Part shown: positions 41,602 through 53,345 of the stretch, piece after piece | How positions within the stretch are numbered: position 1 is the stretch's first letter | How the letters are laid out: every line of letters begins with the position of its first letter | Assembly: GCA_965205025.1 (NCBI GenBank) | Contig: CBDBFU010000033.1 | Coordinates: 32,001 to 96,000, forward strand | Length of the DNA: 64,000 nt | Origin: Candidatus Poribacteria bacterium | GTDB taxonomy: Bacteria; Poribacteria; WGA-4E; WGA-3G | Direction of reading: 5' to 3' | Notes under the pieces: model-generated | The model's database searches: none | Told to the model about the DNA's origin: nothing | What the model saw: only the letters and a program-made list of their open reading frames with translations | Made by a program: the position numbers and the translations under genes

Positions 41602-41991
41602 ATGGTAATTGATATGTCAATATGGTTTTCTGACAATGAAAGAAAGCGATTGAAGGATAAGATTGAATATCAAAAACGTGAAGATGAAGCAATATTTCCA
41701 TTAGCATATCTTGTAGTAAATGACTTTGTTGATGAACATGGTACTGCTAATCTTATGGGAATGACAGATGATCAATTGTTGGAGGAAGTTAAAGAATTCG
41801 GAGCAAACAAAGCACTTGATATAGCAGCACAACAAGCTGGAAAAGATATTTTAGAATTCGTCACAAGTATTCAGCATAATAAAAGAGACAACCAGATAGC
41901 ATGTAGGATCTCTGATATGTTAGTTCAGGATGATTTTGCTGCCCAAGTCGTCAAATTAGTTAAAACACATATCTACGCAGATATACAATAA
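41602..41991 (+). CDS. Hypothetical protein
   Basis: 129-aa ORF lying between direct repeats. Confidence 0.55.
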   Translation: MVIDMSIWFSDNERKRLKDKIEYQKREDEAIFPLAYLVVNDFVDEHGTANLMGMTDDQLLEEVKEFGANKALDIAAQQAGKDILEFVTSIQHNKRDNQIACRISDMLVQDDFAAQVVKLVKTHIYADIQ

Positions 41992-42311
41992 TTATCATCG
42001 AAATTTGTACTCTGTGAATTATAGTAAACACTTATACTGTGGAATAATCAAATTCTGATAATTAATGTCTCTTTAATGTAGCATAAACTTCCAGTTTGTG
42101 CGTATTTCAAGACATGCAAAAAACTGTTCATGGGAAGACATTTATAGAAATGGTATTATATTCTGTAGGAGGAGATTCCGATCCCCGATCTTTACTATTG
42201 TAAAAATATATGAAGTCCCGGGGAATTCCTAATGAAGATTAAGTAATACCATTTTCAATTGATAGATTTACATTATGACTTACCTGATACAAGGATCACC
42301 ATATACATTTC

Positions 42312-42445
42312 TGAGTCCCATAGGGACGGAATGTCTATAGCAAAAAGGGGGTTGCTTCACATTCTTGAGTCCCGTAGGGACGGAATGTCTATAGAAAAGG
42401 TGTATATGTCAATAAATGAGTCCCGTAGGGACGGAATGTCTATAA
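42312..42445 (+). repeat. Three 29-bp TGAGTCCC(A/G)TAGGGACGGAATGTCTATA(G/A) units separated by 22-25 bp
   Basis: Read directly; same family as 37529-38125. Confidence 0.85.
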
Positions 42446-42504
42446 TACAAAATCCAAAATCCGTGAAAACAACAAGAATAATTAGTTAACTGGCACAAGT
42501 CATC

Positions 42505-45500
42505 ATGATAGATAATATTGACTGGAATAAACTAAAACCGTATAAAGATTCCAAAAATCATAGTTTTGAAGAATTATGCTATCAAATAGCTAAAGGACGC
42601 TATGAAGGAAAAGGAAAATTCACTTCCATAGACGATAGAGGTGGTGGAGACGGAGTCGAATTCTATCTTACATTTCCAAACGGAGAACAGTGGGGATGGC
42701 AAGCAAAGTTCTATCATTCAAAAGATAGACTAAGTCAAAGTAATCGGAAAAAATCTATTACAGATTCTTTTCAAAGAGCATGTGAGATACATCCACGTCT
42801 AAAAAAATGGGTATTGTGTACAGCAATTAATTTTACACCCAAAGAACAACTTTGGTTTGATTCTACGCTTCATGAAATAAAACCAGATATTGAAATTGAG
42901 CACTGGGGTGATAGTGATTTTTTAAACTGGTTGAGTGAACCGCATTTTCATGGAATTTACCAATTCTTCTTTGGAAAACGTCAACTAAATTTGGATTGGT
43001 TTGAAACACAGTTTGAAAAGCAGATGGCTGGCGTAAGTGAAAAATTCGATGCTTCCTTGCATACCGAAACTAAAGTAGATGATGAAATTCACGCGCTTTT
43101 GGGGGATAATGCATTTGTACACCAAATCGACAAATGGATTGAAGAACTTGATAGTAAGCTCCCAGATTTAAAGGAGGAAATTGATGAAATCAGACATCCG
43201 ATTCCAAATGTAATTGAGTGGGACGAAGAAGAAAAGTCAAAAGTCATTGAGGCTGCTGAATTACTTCAAAAGGCATTAGAGAATATAGTCGAAAGTTTTG
43301 AAAAAGCCAGAAAAATCTTGTGTAAACAGGATTTTGCCACTGCACAGTCCATTGATTGGATAGCTATCTACGGTCAACTCAACAATGTTTTTGATAATTA
43401 TAGACAAGTTTCAAGACAATCTGGCATATCACAGATAAAGTATACTGTTGAAGAAGAAAATAAAGAACAATTTTTACGCAAGGCAAGTCAGATAATTCAT
43501 GGACCGGATCATTTGGTTGCCAATTTATTAGATAAATTTTTCCCATCTGTAATCTGGAAACTTGGGCTTATCAATGAGTCGAATCTAAATATCCTCGGAG
43601 ATGCTGGAATTGGCAAAACCCATATCGCCTGTAATACTTGTTATGACCGATTAAAAAACGGATTACCCGCGCTGTTTGTTCGTGGAAGTCAATTTAAGAC
43701 CGATCAACCAATTGAAACACAGTTACGGACAATTCTTGACATTCCACCAGCCTATAGTTGGAACGATTTTTTACAGGCACTATCAGCAGCTGCAGAAGCC
43801 TACCATACACGTATTCCATTGATAATAGATGGACTTAATGAATCTGTACATAACGGTACTTTTTCAAATGTATGGGAATTAGGACTAAAAGGACTTGCTA
43901 AGGAGATTGCAGACAAAAAGAACCTTGTATTAATTACAACATGCCGCAGGAGTTACGAAGAGACTATTTGGAAAGAGGTCAATCCAAAAGAAGACATCAT
44001 TCCAGGGAAGGTAATTTGGAAAGATAAGGATTCACTAAATTTAGTTTATGCTTATGGTTTTGATCGATACCAGGAGGTGGAGCCTGCAGTTGAAAAGTAC
44101 TTCAACGCCTACAAGATTAAAGCTGATCTTACGGGGGCACCATTAGCACAGTTTGAACATCCTATCTACCTCAAGATTTTCTGTGAAACAAAAAATCGTG
44201 AACGCAAGACTGAGGTACAAGTTTATGTAGGCGAGCAAACGCTTTTTGAAGTTTTTGATGAATATTTGGAGCAATGTAACAAAGAAATATGTGATCGTCT
44301 GAATCGTCATCCAAAAACACTTATAGTTCAACCCGCTTTGAACAAGATGGCGGCCCACTTGTGGCAAAATAGAAGCCGTGAGATCCCTTTTGACAAATTA
44401 GTACATATTGTAGACGGTCAATCCCGCCAACATCTGGACTGGCAATCATCAAAGACGTGTGCTATGGAAAGTGAAGGGTTGTTAGTCTATCGAGATTGGA
44501 CAGGCGTTGGTGAAGTGATGCATTTTACCTATGACCTATTCGGTGGGTATCTGATTGCAAAATATTTGGTTGAACAAGCTGCTGATGATCCACAAGGTTT
44601 CTTATGCCGTGAGGAAATAGAGGCAGTACTGTTTGGCAAAGACCGTCAAATATTACATCCTATGCACGAAGATATAGTTAGATGTCTTGCTGCATTTCTT
44701 CCATCCGCAACAGGCCATTTTCTGCACGAACTTTCAGATCATAACAAGGCAATTAGTTTATCAATTCATTCTTTGTTTGAAATTTCCCCAAAAGATATAA
44801 ACGAAGAATGTATTGACCTAATCACCCACCTTTTTGGGTTTCCTGAAAACCGTGAATCGTTCTTTAAATTAGCAGAAACTACCATTGGACATCCCAATCA
44901 TCCCTTCAACGCCCAATTCTGGACAGAACGACTTACGGCATTATCTATGTCAGAACGAGACCTAAGTTGGACTGAATATGTGAGCTATAACCGTTATGAT
45001 TTTGAAGATATACTCAAGCATTTTGAGGAAAATTGTCGAGGCGAACAAGAACTATCTGATTTTAGTAGGGAACGTCTACATCTATTGGCAGAACACATTA
45101 TGTGGATACTTACATCCACTGTGCGTCCATTACGGGACATAGCAACACGCGCACTTTACTGGTATGGACGACGTTTCCCAAATGAGTTTATTGATTTACT
45201 CATGAAATCTTTAACAATCAATGATCCTTATGTATCTGAACGGATGTTGGCTGCAACTTACGGAATTACTATGGCTCGTCAAAACGACTTCGATGATACC
45301 AGTTTCGTAGATGAGATGTTACCTAAATATGGAAAACAATTGTATGAAAATATGTTCAAACCTAACGCTCTACATGCAACAACACACATATTAGCACGTG
45401 ATTATGCAAAAAGAACGATTGAAATTGCTTTGATTCATTATCCAGACCTACTAAGGGACGACGAAAAGGTACGTATAGAAGCACCTTATACAGATGGTGG

Positions 45501-46700
45501 AATTCGTGAATGGGAAGAGAATGAAGTCGATGATAACATGCACAAAGGTCCATTACGAATGGATTTCCGTAATTATACCATTGGTTCTTTGGTTAAAGGT
45601 AGAGGAAACTATAATTTTGAACATCCTGAATATAAACGTGTATTGCGTAATATCTCATGGAGGGTACAGGAGTTAGGATACTCTAAGGAAGCATTTGAGA
45701 ATATTGATGGAAGAATTGGATCACAGAATCAGCACTTTGGGAGATCTGCAAACGGTGTAAGACAGATAGATATGGAAAAAAATATTCATGGATAGCATAT
45801 TTTGAATATGCTGGTTATTTACAAGATCAAGATCTTTTACCGGAATATTATAATGACCATCGAATTGGTGAGACAGATATTGATCCCAGTTTTCCTTCCG
45901 AAGTTAAAATGTATGAATTGGTGAAACAAGATTATTTAGGAACTGATATTGAAGATCCTGAAGAATGGGTTAATGGAATCCCACCTACAGATTTGCAAGA
46001 TTATATTACTGTAAATCAGATTTTGGAAGAAGAAGGTCCGTGGATTTTGTTACAAGGTACTTTTAGGCAGGAAAACGCAGATAACACAAGAAATATGTAT
46101 GCATTTTTTCAAGGTGTTCTTGCAAAAACTGATGAAGTTGAGAGTATCATTGACTTTATAGAAGAGCATGAGCAGATTGATAGTTGGCGTATTTCTCCAC
46201 CAGAAGATTATTACACATTTGCTGGTGAGATACCATGGTGTGATACATATCCTTCAAACAGTTGGGTAGACCTGTCTATAAGTTGGGATGATGATGAAAC
46301 TTATGATGCACTAATTCCTAAAATATTGCCTCCTGTTAGGGTAAATAATTGGGAAGATTATCATAGTACTATTGTTCCAGGACGGAATGTTGCTACACCA
46401 TCTCGTCAGATTGCTGAATATCTCGACTTATGTGGTGTTCCTCAAAGTTATGATCTTTTTGAAAAAGAGAGTGGTAAACGCGCGTCACATTCCATTGAAT
46501 TTGGACAAGGATGGGGAAATGCCCAACGATTTACATATATTCGAAAAGATCTATTAGATCGATATTTAAAGGAAATGAATGAGGAGCTAATTTGGATTAT
46601 TTATGGAGATAAACGGGAATTAACACCAAATGCCGATGGACCTTATAAATTATTCCATAATTTTATAGTATATCAGTGTAAGCATAAGGATGATGAATAA
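42505..46700 (+). CDS. AVAST/Avs4-like STAND NTPase with N-terminal Mrr-like PD-(D/E)XK nuclease; one frameshift near 45757
   Basis: FEELCYQ...GGDGVE...WQAKF nuclease; Walker A GDAGIGKTH; Walker B LIIDGLNE; TSTVR.LRD.AT.AL; NDPYVSER; the shifted frame gives DRYGKKYSWIA and continues into 45909-46700. Confidence 0.8.
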
Positions 46701-47961
46701 CATGTATAATGCGAGAGGTTGGAAGAATGTCCAATTAGAATCAATAGCCGATATCCGAGCAGGTTCAGGTTTTCCTATTAAATACCAAGGTAATACACAT
46801 GGAAAATATCCATTTTACAAAGTTTCAGATATGAATCTAACTGGTAATGAAACTATAATGTCATTATCCAATAATTGGGTTGATGAAAATACAGTTATAA
46901 CGCTTAAAGCAAAATTATTTCCCAAAAATACAGTTATATTTCCTAAGGTCGGTGCTGCAGTTCACACGAATAAAAAGCGAATGTTATCAATTGAAGGATT
47001 AGTGGATAACAATGTGATGGGAGTAATAATTCGAAACTATAAAGTATGTATTCCTTATTACTTACTTTATTGGTTTGAATTTATTGATTTAGGCGATCTT
47101 TCTAATCCAGGAACTCTACCAGCAATTACAGCTAGAACGGTGAAAAATACTACAATCCCCCTCCCCCCACTCCCAGAACAACGCGCCATAGCTCACATCC
47201 TACAGACAATCCAACAAGCAAAATTCACCAGACAACGCGAAATAGAATTAGAACGCGAACGAAAAGCAGCCTTGATGAATCACCTATTCACACACGGAAC
47301 AAAAGGTGAACCCCGAAAACAGACAGAAATCGGAGAGATACCTGAGAGTTGGGAGGTTGTTAAATTGGGCGATAAAGCAGAATTGAGGAATGGAATTAAC
47401 TTTAAGAAAGAGCAAAAGGGTCAAGGAATATTAACTGTAGATGTTTTAAATATGTACAACGACAGTTTATATTTTGATAAAGAGAATTTATACAGAGTAG
47501 AACGAAAAATGAAGGATAGTGATTTCCTTAAACCGAAAGATATATTATTTGTCCGTTCATCTTTAAAACAAGAAGGGGTTGCATGGCCAGCATTGTTTGG
47601 ACAACATGATGAACCTATAACTTTTTGTGGTTTCTTAATACGTGCAAGATTAACATCAGAAGAAATTGACCCAGAATTTTTAACACACTATTTCCGCACA
47701 AATTATGCTCGTAAGTTTCTGGTGTCAAAATCAGCAAGGTTAGCAATTACTAACGTCAGTCAGGCTATTTTAAACAGTTGTCCTATTGTTATACCAAGTT
47801 ATTCAGAACAGCGACAGATTGCCAATATAATCAATTCTGTTGACAATAAGATATTTGCCCTTGAAAAAGAAGTAGAACATATAGACGAACTATTCCACAC
47901 CATGCTTGAAGAATTGATGACTGGAAAACGATCCGCAATTCCACTCATAGACCATTTATAA
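46690..47961 (+). CDS. hsdS: Type I R-M specificity subunit S
   Basis: Two TRDs; IPLPPLPEQRAIA, KQTEIGEIPESWEVVKLG, EQRQIA, LEELMTGK. Confidence 0.92.
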   Translation: MMNNMYNARGWKNVQLESIADIRAGSGFPIKYQGNTHGKYPFYKVSDMNLTGNETIMSLSNNWVDENTVITLKAKLFPKNTVIFPKVGAAVHTNKKRMLSIEGLVDNNVMGVIIRNYKVCIPYYLLYWFEFIDLGDLSNPGTLPAITARTVKNTTIPLPPLPEQRAIAHILQTIQQAKFTRQREIELERERKAALMNHLFTHGTKGEPRKQTEIGEIPESWEVVKLGDKAELRNGINFKKEQKGQGILTVDVLNMYNDSLYFDKENLYRVERKMKDSDFLKPKDILFVRSSLKQEGVAWPALFGQHDEPITFCGFLIRARLTSEEIDPEFLTHYFRTNYARKFLVSKSARLAITNVSQAILNSCPIVIPSYSEQRQIANIINSVDNKIFALEKEVEHIDELFHTMLEELMTGKRSAIPLIDHL

Positions 47962-47965
47962 CCTC

Positions 47966-48499
47966 AACCATATTTCCCAATACACATTTTCTACATACTC
48001 CTGTTTTCACAATTGTAAAAATAAAATGAAGAAAAACTGGTAATAGATACACAGATACGTTACAATAATAATTAGCAAAAGTTATGCTGTGATAAAATAC
48101 AAGGAAAATTACTCCTATATCTTTATAACAAAAATAAAAAAGTTGCTATCTGATGGAATACCCACAAACTCCGTCCGTTGGTTCATAATCTACAAAATAG
48201 GATAAACCATGTTTGAATTACGACTGAAACCTTAACCATATTTCCCAATACACATTTTCTACATACTCCTGTTTTCACAATTGTAAAATAAAATGAAGAA
48301 AAAGTAGCAATAGATACACAAATACGTTACAATAATCATTAGCAAAAGTTATGCTATGATAAAATACAAGGAAAATTACACCTATATTTGAAAACAAAAA
48401 TAAAAAAGTTGCTATCTGATGGAATACCCATAAACTCCGTCCATTGGTTCAAAATCTACAAAATAGGAAAATCCATGTTAGAATTACGACTAAAACCTT
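47966..48499 (+). repeat. Tandem duplication of about 268 bp of non-coding DNA
   Basis: 47966-48233 and 48234-48499 align with scattered substitutions. Confidence 0.9.
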
Positions 48500-49097
48500 C
48501 AGCATTATCAGTTTTTGAAAATCGTCCGCTAAACATTCATACGCATAGTCTAAAAAAGCAAGTACAGAGGATTATCAAATCGAATTACCCCACATATTTT
48601 TTTAGTTTTTCAAATTTTGAAATTTTGCACCGATTCATCAAATCCTTTGTTATCCCAATCCCCAACAGGGTTTTCGGCACATCAAAACGTAATTTCTCAA
48701 AAAGCGACTAAAAAAACTTGAAAAACTAAAAAAACTTGAAAAACTAAAAATTAGACAGACGACAAACAATCCAAATCAATGGAATAGAGGAAAAGTAAAA
48801 GACACAAAAATCAACCCCACTCTTAATTGGTGCAAATTCTCGTTACCGTAAAAAAGTGGCTGTAAACCCAGTGTAGGACTAACGGGATAAAGGTTTTACC
48901 AATGTCACACCATGTGACAAAAAGTGTAACTTTTATACACATTATAGGAATAATTATATAACGAACAAGTAAAATAAAAAGGTGTAAATTTACAAAATAA
49001 TCACCCTTGATCCATTATAAAAACAATTTTTGGAAGATACATGCAATAGAAATTGTAGCACAAACTGTTAGTTTGTGCATTGTTAGACGCAAACTAA

Positions 49098-49238
49098 ATG
49101 AAGATTAAGTAAATATTTCGGTAACTTTATATCTGTTCAAGACTTGGTAGGTGCGGTTTTCAACCACGGGGAATGCTAAATAGCATTCATACCCGGGGAA
49201 TGACTAAATGTCATTCATACCGTTGATTCCTTGATTCG
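49098..49238. mobile_element. Left part of an ATGAAGATTAAG element whose REP core is interrupted by a doubly nested 36-bp element
   Basis: CGCAAACTAA|ATGAAGATTAAG...GGTAGGTGCGGTTTTCAACCA|CGGGGAATG... Confidence 0.7.
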
Positions 49239-49250
49239 AATTTCTCAGCA

Positions 49251-49886
49251 ATGAAAAATAAACAAATGGAATATGTTGTAATATATGAAAAGGGTGAAAG
49301 CAGTTATGGTGCTTATGTTCCCGATCTCCCCGGGTGCATAGCCGTAGGTGAGACGTTAGAAGAAACCCAAACATTAATCCAAGAAGCTATCGAATTTCAT
49401 ATAGAAGGATTACAAGAAGATGGTGACGATGTACCGCAACCGTCTTTAAATATCTCTGTCCAGTATGATATTCCATATCTTGGAATACACAAAGTTGTCG
49501 AAAACTATGTATATAATGACGATCCTGCTCTCTTTTCTTGTAAAGATTCTGCAGGGCATCTTTACCTTATTACCGTCGGTAAAAACGACAAACAAAAAAC
49601 CTGGCTCCGTGTTGGAATCTCCAATGAACGTTTTAATCTCATACGATCTGGTGGAATAGACCTTAGGAATGCATTCACTGATCCTGAGAATGGCACTCTT
49701 TTTCAGGTATGTGTTCCACATGATGATTCAATAGATCCATCCTTGGAAGTCATCCAGTCCAATCAAATACCCGATGGTATATTACCACTGCCGGGAGAAC
49801 GTCTCGGATTAAAGACCAATACACTGCCAGCACTCAGTAATCCGAAAGAACTTGCAGCCTCTAACAATAGAGACATTCTGAATTAA
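49251..49886 (+). CDS. HicB-family antitoxin domain fused to a DUF6575-like domain (possibly 3'-truncated)
   Basis: YVVIYEKGESSYGAYVPDLPGC.A.GETLEE..EAIEFH (HicB); Y.Y.D.P.LFSC.D..G.LY...WL...IS..RF..IRSG.IDLR.AF. Confidence 0.7.
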   Translation: MKNKQMEYVVIYEKGESSYGAYVPDLPGCIAVGETLEETQTLIQEAIEFHIEGLQEDGDDVPQPSLNISVQYDIPYLGIHKVVENYVYNDDPALFSCKDSAGHLYLITVGKNDKQKTWLRVGISNERFNLIRSGGIDLRNAFTDPENGTLFQVCVPHDDSIDPSLEVIQSNQIPDGILPLPGERLGLKTNTLPALSNPKELAASNNRDILN

Positions 49887-50174
49887 ACTCCCAACTTTAC
49901 TGGAGTTTTCAGAAATCGTCTGAAGATAAGAAGGAACAAATTGCAAAATTTAGAATTTTTCAATTTTCAAAATATGGCACATTTAAACACCGATAAACCC
50001 TTACAGACACTGACTTTAGACCATATACGAATGCTGAATTTTAAAGTTACACCATGTAACGAAAAGTGTAACTTTTCTCCTGTTTTGGGCACATATTAGA
50101 CATTCTTTGGAGAATACCAAACACTGACAATTTTAGATTAGACAGATCTATTCATTTGCACGAAATTAGACTAA

Positions 50175-53048
50175 ATGATGAGTGAAAACCAAACAGTACA
50201 AGAACCTTTAATCCAATACGCTGAACAAATAGAGTGGACACGTTTATCCCGTTCTGAAGCAATGGAATTAAGAGGGGATACCTCTATCATATATTTCCCG
50301 GATGTGTTAAAAACACAATTGTTAAAGCTCAATCCAGATATACTGGATGAATCTAACTTTGAAGAAGTAAGAAGAAATTTGAGAAACCTAAAACCGACAC
50401 TTGAGGGAAACCTAACAGCACTTGAATGGATACGCGGAGAAAAATCTGTCTTCGTCCCTAAAGAGAACAGAGAACGAAACGTCACACTCATCGATTTTGA
50501 ATCACGCAAAAACAATACATTCTATGTAACTGAAGAATGGGAACAGAAAGGCGTTGTCCACACAAATCGTGCAGATGTTGTCTTCCTCATCAACGGCATA
50601 CCAATTGTTGTTGTAGAAACAAAATCCGCTAACAAGACTGACGGATTGGCAGAAGGGATTGACCAAATACGTAGATACCATAATGAAACACGAGAACTCT
50701 TTACAACCGCACAACTCTTCGGTGTTACACAACTCTTAGATCTTTACTACGGCGTAACATGGAATATAAACCGAAAGAATCTGTTTAATTGGAAAGCAGA
50801 TGATCCGTCAAACTTTGAACAGAAGATAAAGACATTTTTTGACCCTGAACGAATACTAAAGGTATTATACAGATCTATCATCTTCCAAAAACGAGATGAT
50901 AAAACAACCAAGATTGTATTACGCCAACATCAAAATCGTGCAGAAGAAAAGGTTATCGAAAGAGTAAAAAATCCAAATAAAACACGCGGACTCATCTGGC
51001 ATACACAAGGCAGCGGAAAAACGCTTACAATGATCTCTATTGCATCACGGTTGCTACGCGGTGCAATCCACGATGAAAAACCGACTGTCCTTATGGTGGT
51101 AGACAGGAATGAACTGGAGAGTCAACTTTTTCATAACATAACTGGATACGGTATCACAAACCTAAAAGTCGCACAAAGTAAGGACGATCTTGAGCAGATT
51201 CTCTCGTCAGATTACCGCGGATTAATTGTATCCATGATACATAAGTTTGATAGCAGACCCGCGAACCTAAATACAAGTACAAACGTAGTTGTTCTTATAG
51301 ATGAAGCACATCGCACAACAGGTGGTGATTTTGGGAATTACCTGATGGCTGCACTACCAAATGCAACATATATCGGATTCACTGGTACACCCATAGACAA
51401 TATATCCCACGGTGAAGGAACATTTAAGGTATTCGGTATTGACGATGAACAGGGCTATCTTGATAAATACGATATAGCAGAATCAATTGAGGATGGTACA
51501 ACTGTTCCCCTGAATTATGCTCTCGCACCGTCAAATCTTCAGGTTGATACAGAGACTTTAGAACGTGAATTCATGAACCTTGCTCAAGCTGAAGGTGTGA
51601 GTGATATTGATGAACTAAATTCCATACTCGATCGTGCTGTTAATCTGAAAGAGATTATGAAAGCACCCAATAGAGTTGATGCTATTGCAAAATATGTGGC
51701 TAAACATTTTCTGGAAAACATTGAACCGATGGGATTTAAAGCATTCCTTGTAGGTGTAGATCGTGAAGCATGTGCGTTATACAAAAATGCATTGGACAAA
51801 TATCTCCCACCTGAATATTCTGAGGTGGTATATTCAAAAAACAACAGTGATTCTGAGTTCATGAAATCCTTCCATCTAACTGATGAACAGGAAAAGGACA
51901 TACGTAAGAAGTTCATTGATAAGAACTCACAACCGAAAATCTTGATTGTTACACAGAAATTGCTAACGGGTTTCGATGCACCAATTCTCTATTGTCTGTA
52001 TCTGGATAAACCTATGCGAGATCATGTCCTGTTACAGACGATTGCGCGCGTCAATCGTCCCTACGAAGATAATGATGGTCTTGTAAAATCTGCCGGTTTT
52101 ATATTTGATTTTGTCGGTATTCTTGAGAAATTAGGGAAAGCACTGGCATTCGATTCTGACACAGTGGAAGGGGTTATACAGAATTTAGATGTTCTCAAGG
52201 ATAAATTTGCAGAAATGATGCATGAAACCGCACAAGAATACCTGCTTTATGCTGAAGGAACAGATGACAAAGCAAAAGAGGAAGCAATTGAACATTTTAC
52301 GCTAAAGGATGACCGTGAGAGATTCTTTGAATTCTTCAAACAATTGCAAAATCTATATAACATATTATCACCAAACCCATTCCTATACGAATATATTGAG
52401 GATTTCCGTGCATTAACCAACTTATACGGTTTACTACGCAACGCATTTGCTGAGAATGTCTATGTGGATAAAGAATTAACCAATAAGACACGAGAACTCC
52501 TGCAGACACATACTGAAGGGAGCATGTTTGATTTACCGAATGAAATAACGGAACTCAACGAAGATACAATTAGAGAATTAAGACAGAGTGATAAATCGGA
52601 TACAGTCAAGGTGTTAAATCTCATAAAGGTTGTAAGAAAAACAGTAGATGCTGATGCTCAATCTCAACCCTATTTAATACCCATAGGAGACCGTGCCGAA
52701 GCAACTATAGAATCCTATGAAAATAGACAAACAGAAACACAAGATGTTTTGGAATTATTCTTAAGATATGCTGAAGAAATCTCACAAGCACATAGACAAC
52801 AAAACGAACTCGGATTAGATAAAAATTCCTATGCTATCTATAAAGTTCTCAGTACTGAGATTGAGGATGTTACAAACGAACAAGCACAGGCGGTCAATCA
52901 AGTATTTGAGAATTTCCCTGATTTCGAATGGAGTGCTGAAGAAAAAAGAAAGTTACGGTTGACCTTATATTCGACTTTAGGGCCATCATTAAATACAGAT
53001 AGTAGAATGGAAATAACTGATAAATTGATAAATTTGAAAAGGGTTTGA
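50175..53048 (+). CDS. hsdR: Type I R-M restriction subunit R
   Basis: RADVVFLINGIP.VVVETK nuclease; WHTQGSGKT; DEAHR; GFTGTP; LLTGFDAP; LLQTIARVNR. Confidence 0.95.
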   Translation: MMSENQTVQEPLIQYAEQIEWTRLSRSEAMELRGDTSIIYFPDVLKTQLLKLNPDILDESNFEEVRRNLRNLKPTLEGNLTALEWIRGEKSVFVPKENRERNVTLIDFESRKNNTFYVTEEWEQKGVVHTNRADVVFLINGIPIVVVETKSANKTDGLAEGIDQIRRYHNETRELFTTAQLFGVTQLLDLYYGVTWNINRKNLFNWKADDPSNFEQKIKTFFDPERILKVLYRSIIFQKRDDKTTKIVLRQHQNRAEEKVIERVKNPNKTRGLIWHTQGSGKTLTMISIASRLLRGAIHDEKPTVLMVVDRNELESQLFHNITGYGITNLKVAQSKDDLEQILSSDYRGLIVSMIHKFDSRPANLNTSTNVVVLIDEAHRTTGGDFGNYLMAALPNATYIGFTGTPIDNISHGEGTFKVFGIDDEQGYLDKYDIAESIEDGTTVPLNYALAPSNLQVDTETLEREFMNLAQAEGVSDIDELNSILDRAVNLKEIMKAPNRVDAIAKYVAKHFLENIEPMGFKAFLVGVDREACALYKNALDKYLPPEYSEVVYSKNNSDSEFMKSFHLTDEQEKDIRKKFIDKNSQPKILIVTQKLLTGFDAPILYCLYLDKPMRDHVLLQTIARVNRPYEDNDGLVKSAGFIFDFVGILEKLGKALAFDSDTVEGVIQNLDVLKDKFAEMMHETAQEYLLYAEGTDDKAKEEAIEHFTLKDDRERFFEFFKQLQNLYNILSPNPFLYEYIEDFRALTNLYGLLRNAFAENVYVDKELTNKTRELLQTHTEGSMFDLPNEITELNEDTIRELRQSDKSDTVKVLNLIKVVRKTVDADAQSQPYLIPIGDRAEATIESYENRQTETQDVLELFLRYAEEISQAHRQQNELGLDKNSYAIYKVLSTEIEDVTNEQAQAVNQVFENFPDFEWSAEEKRKLRLTLYSTLGPSLNTDSRMEITDKLINLKRV

Positions 53049-53345
53049 CATCACTTTCTTCCTCATGGTAGGTTCGGTTTCTAACTGCGGGGAATGCCCG
53101 GGGAATGCCTAAATGGGCATTCATACCGTTGATTTAAGGCATTCATACCGTTGATTTGAAGCCTCCCCGTTGATTTGGTGGTTCAGACAACTCAAAACAT
53201 ACTAACAAATATACTGATCTCACCAAATTGACGCCTATGAGGCGGGATCTCCACGTCCATTGCAACAACATATAGAACATAGTATGAACAAAGAACGCTC
53301 ATAATATATGATTTATGAGAAACCATCTAAAAAGAAAATATCTTA

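Noticed and set aside
42312-42445. CRISPR array call for the 29-bp repeats (also 37529-38125 and 27145-27228)
   Set aside because: Only 2-3 perfect units per run, short mutually similar linkers, dispersed copies in both orientations, interruption by other elements, and no cas genes in the window
48388-48711. 107-aa ORF
   Set aside because: Begins inside the tandem duplication whose other copy has stops; TTG start and no recognisable family
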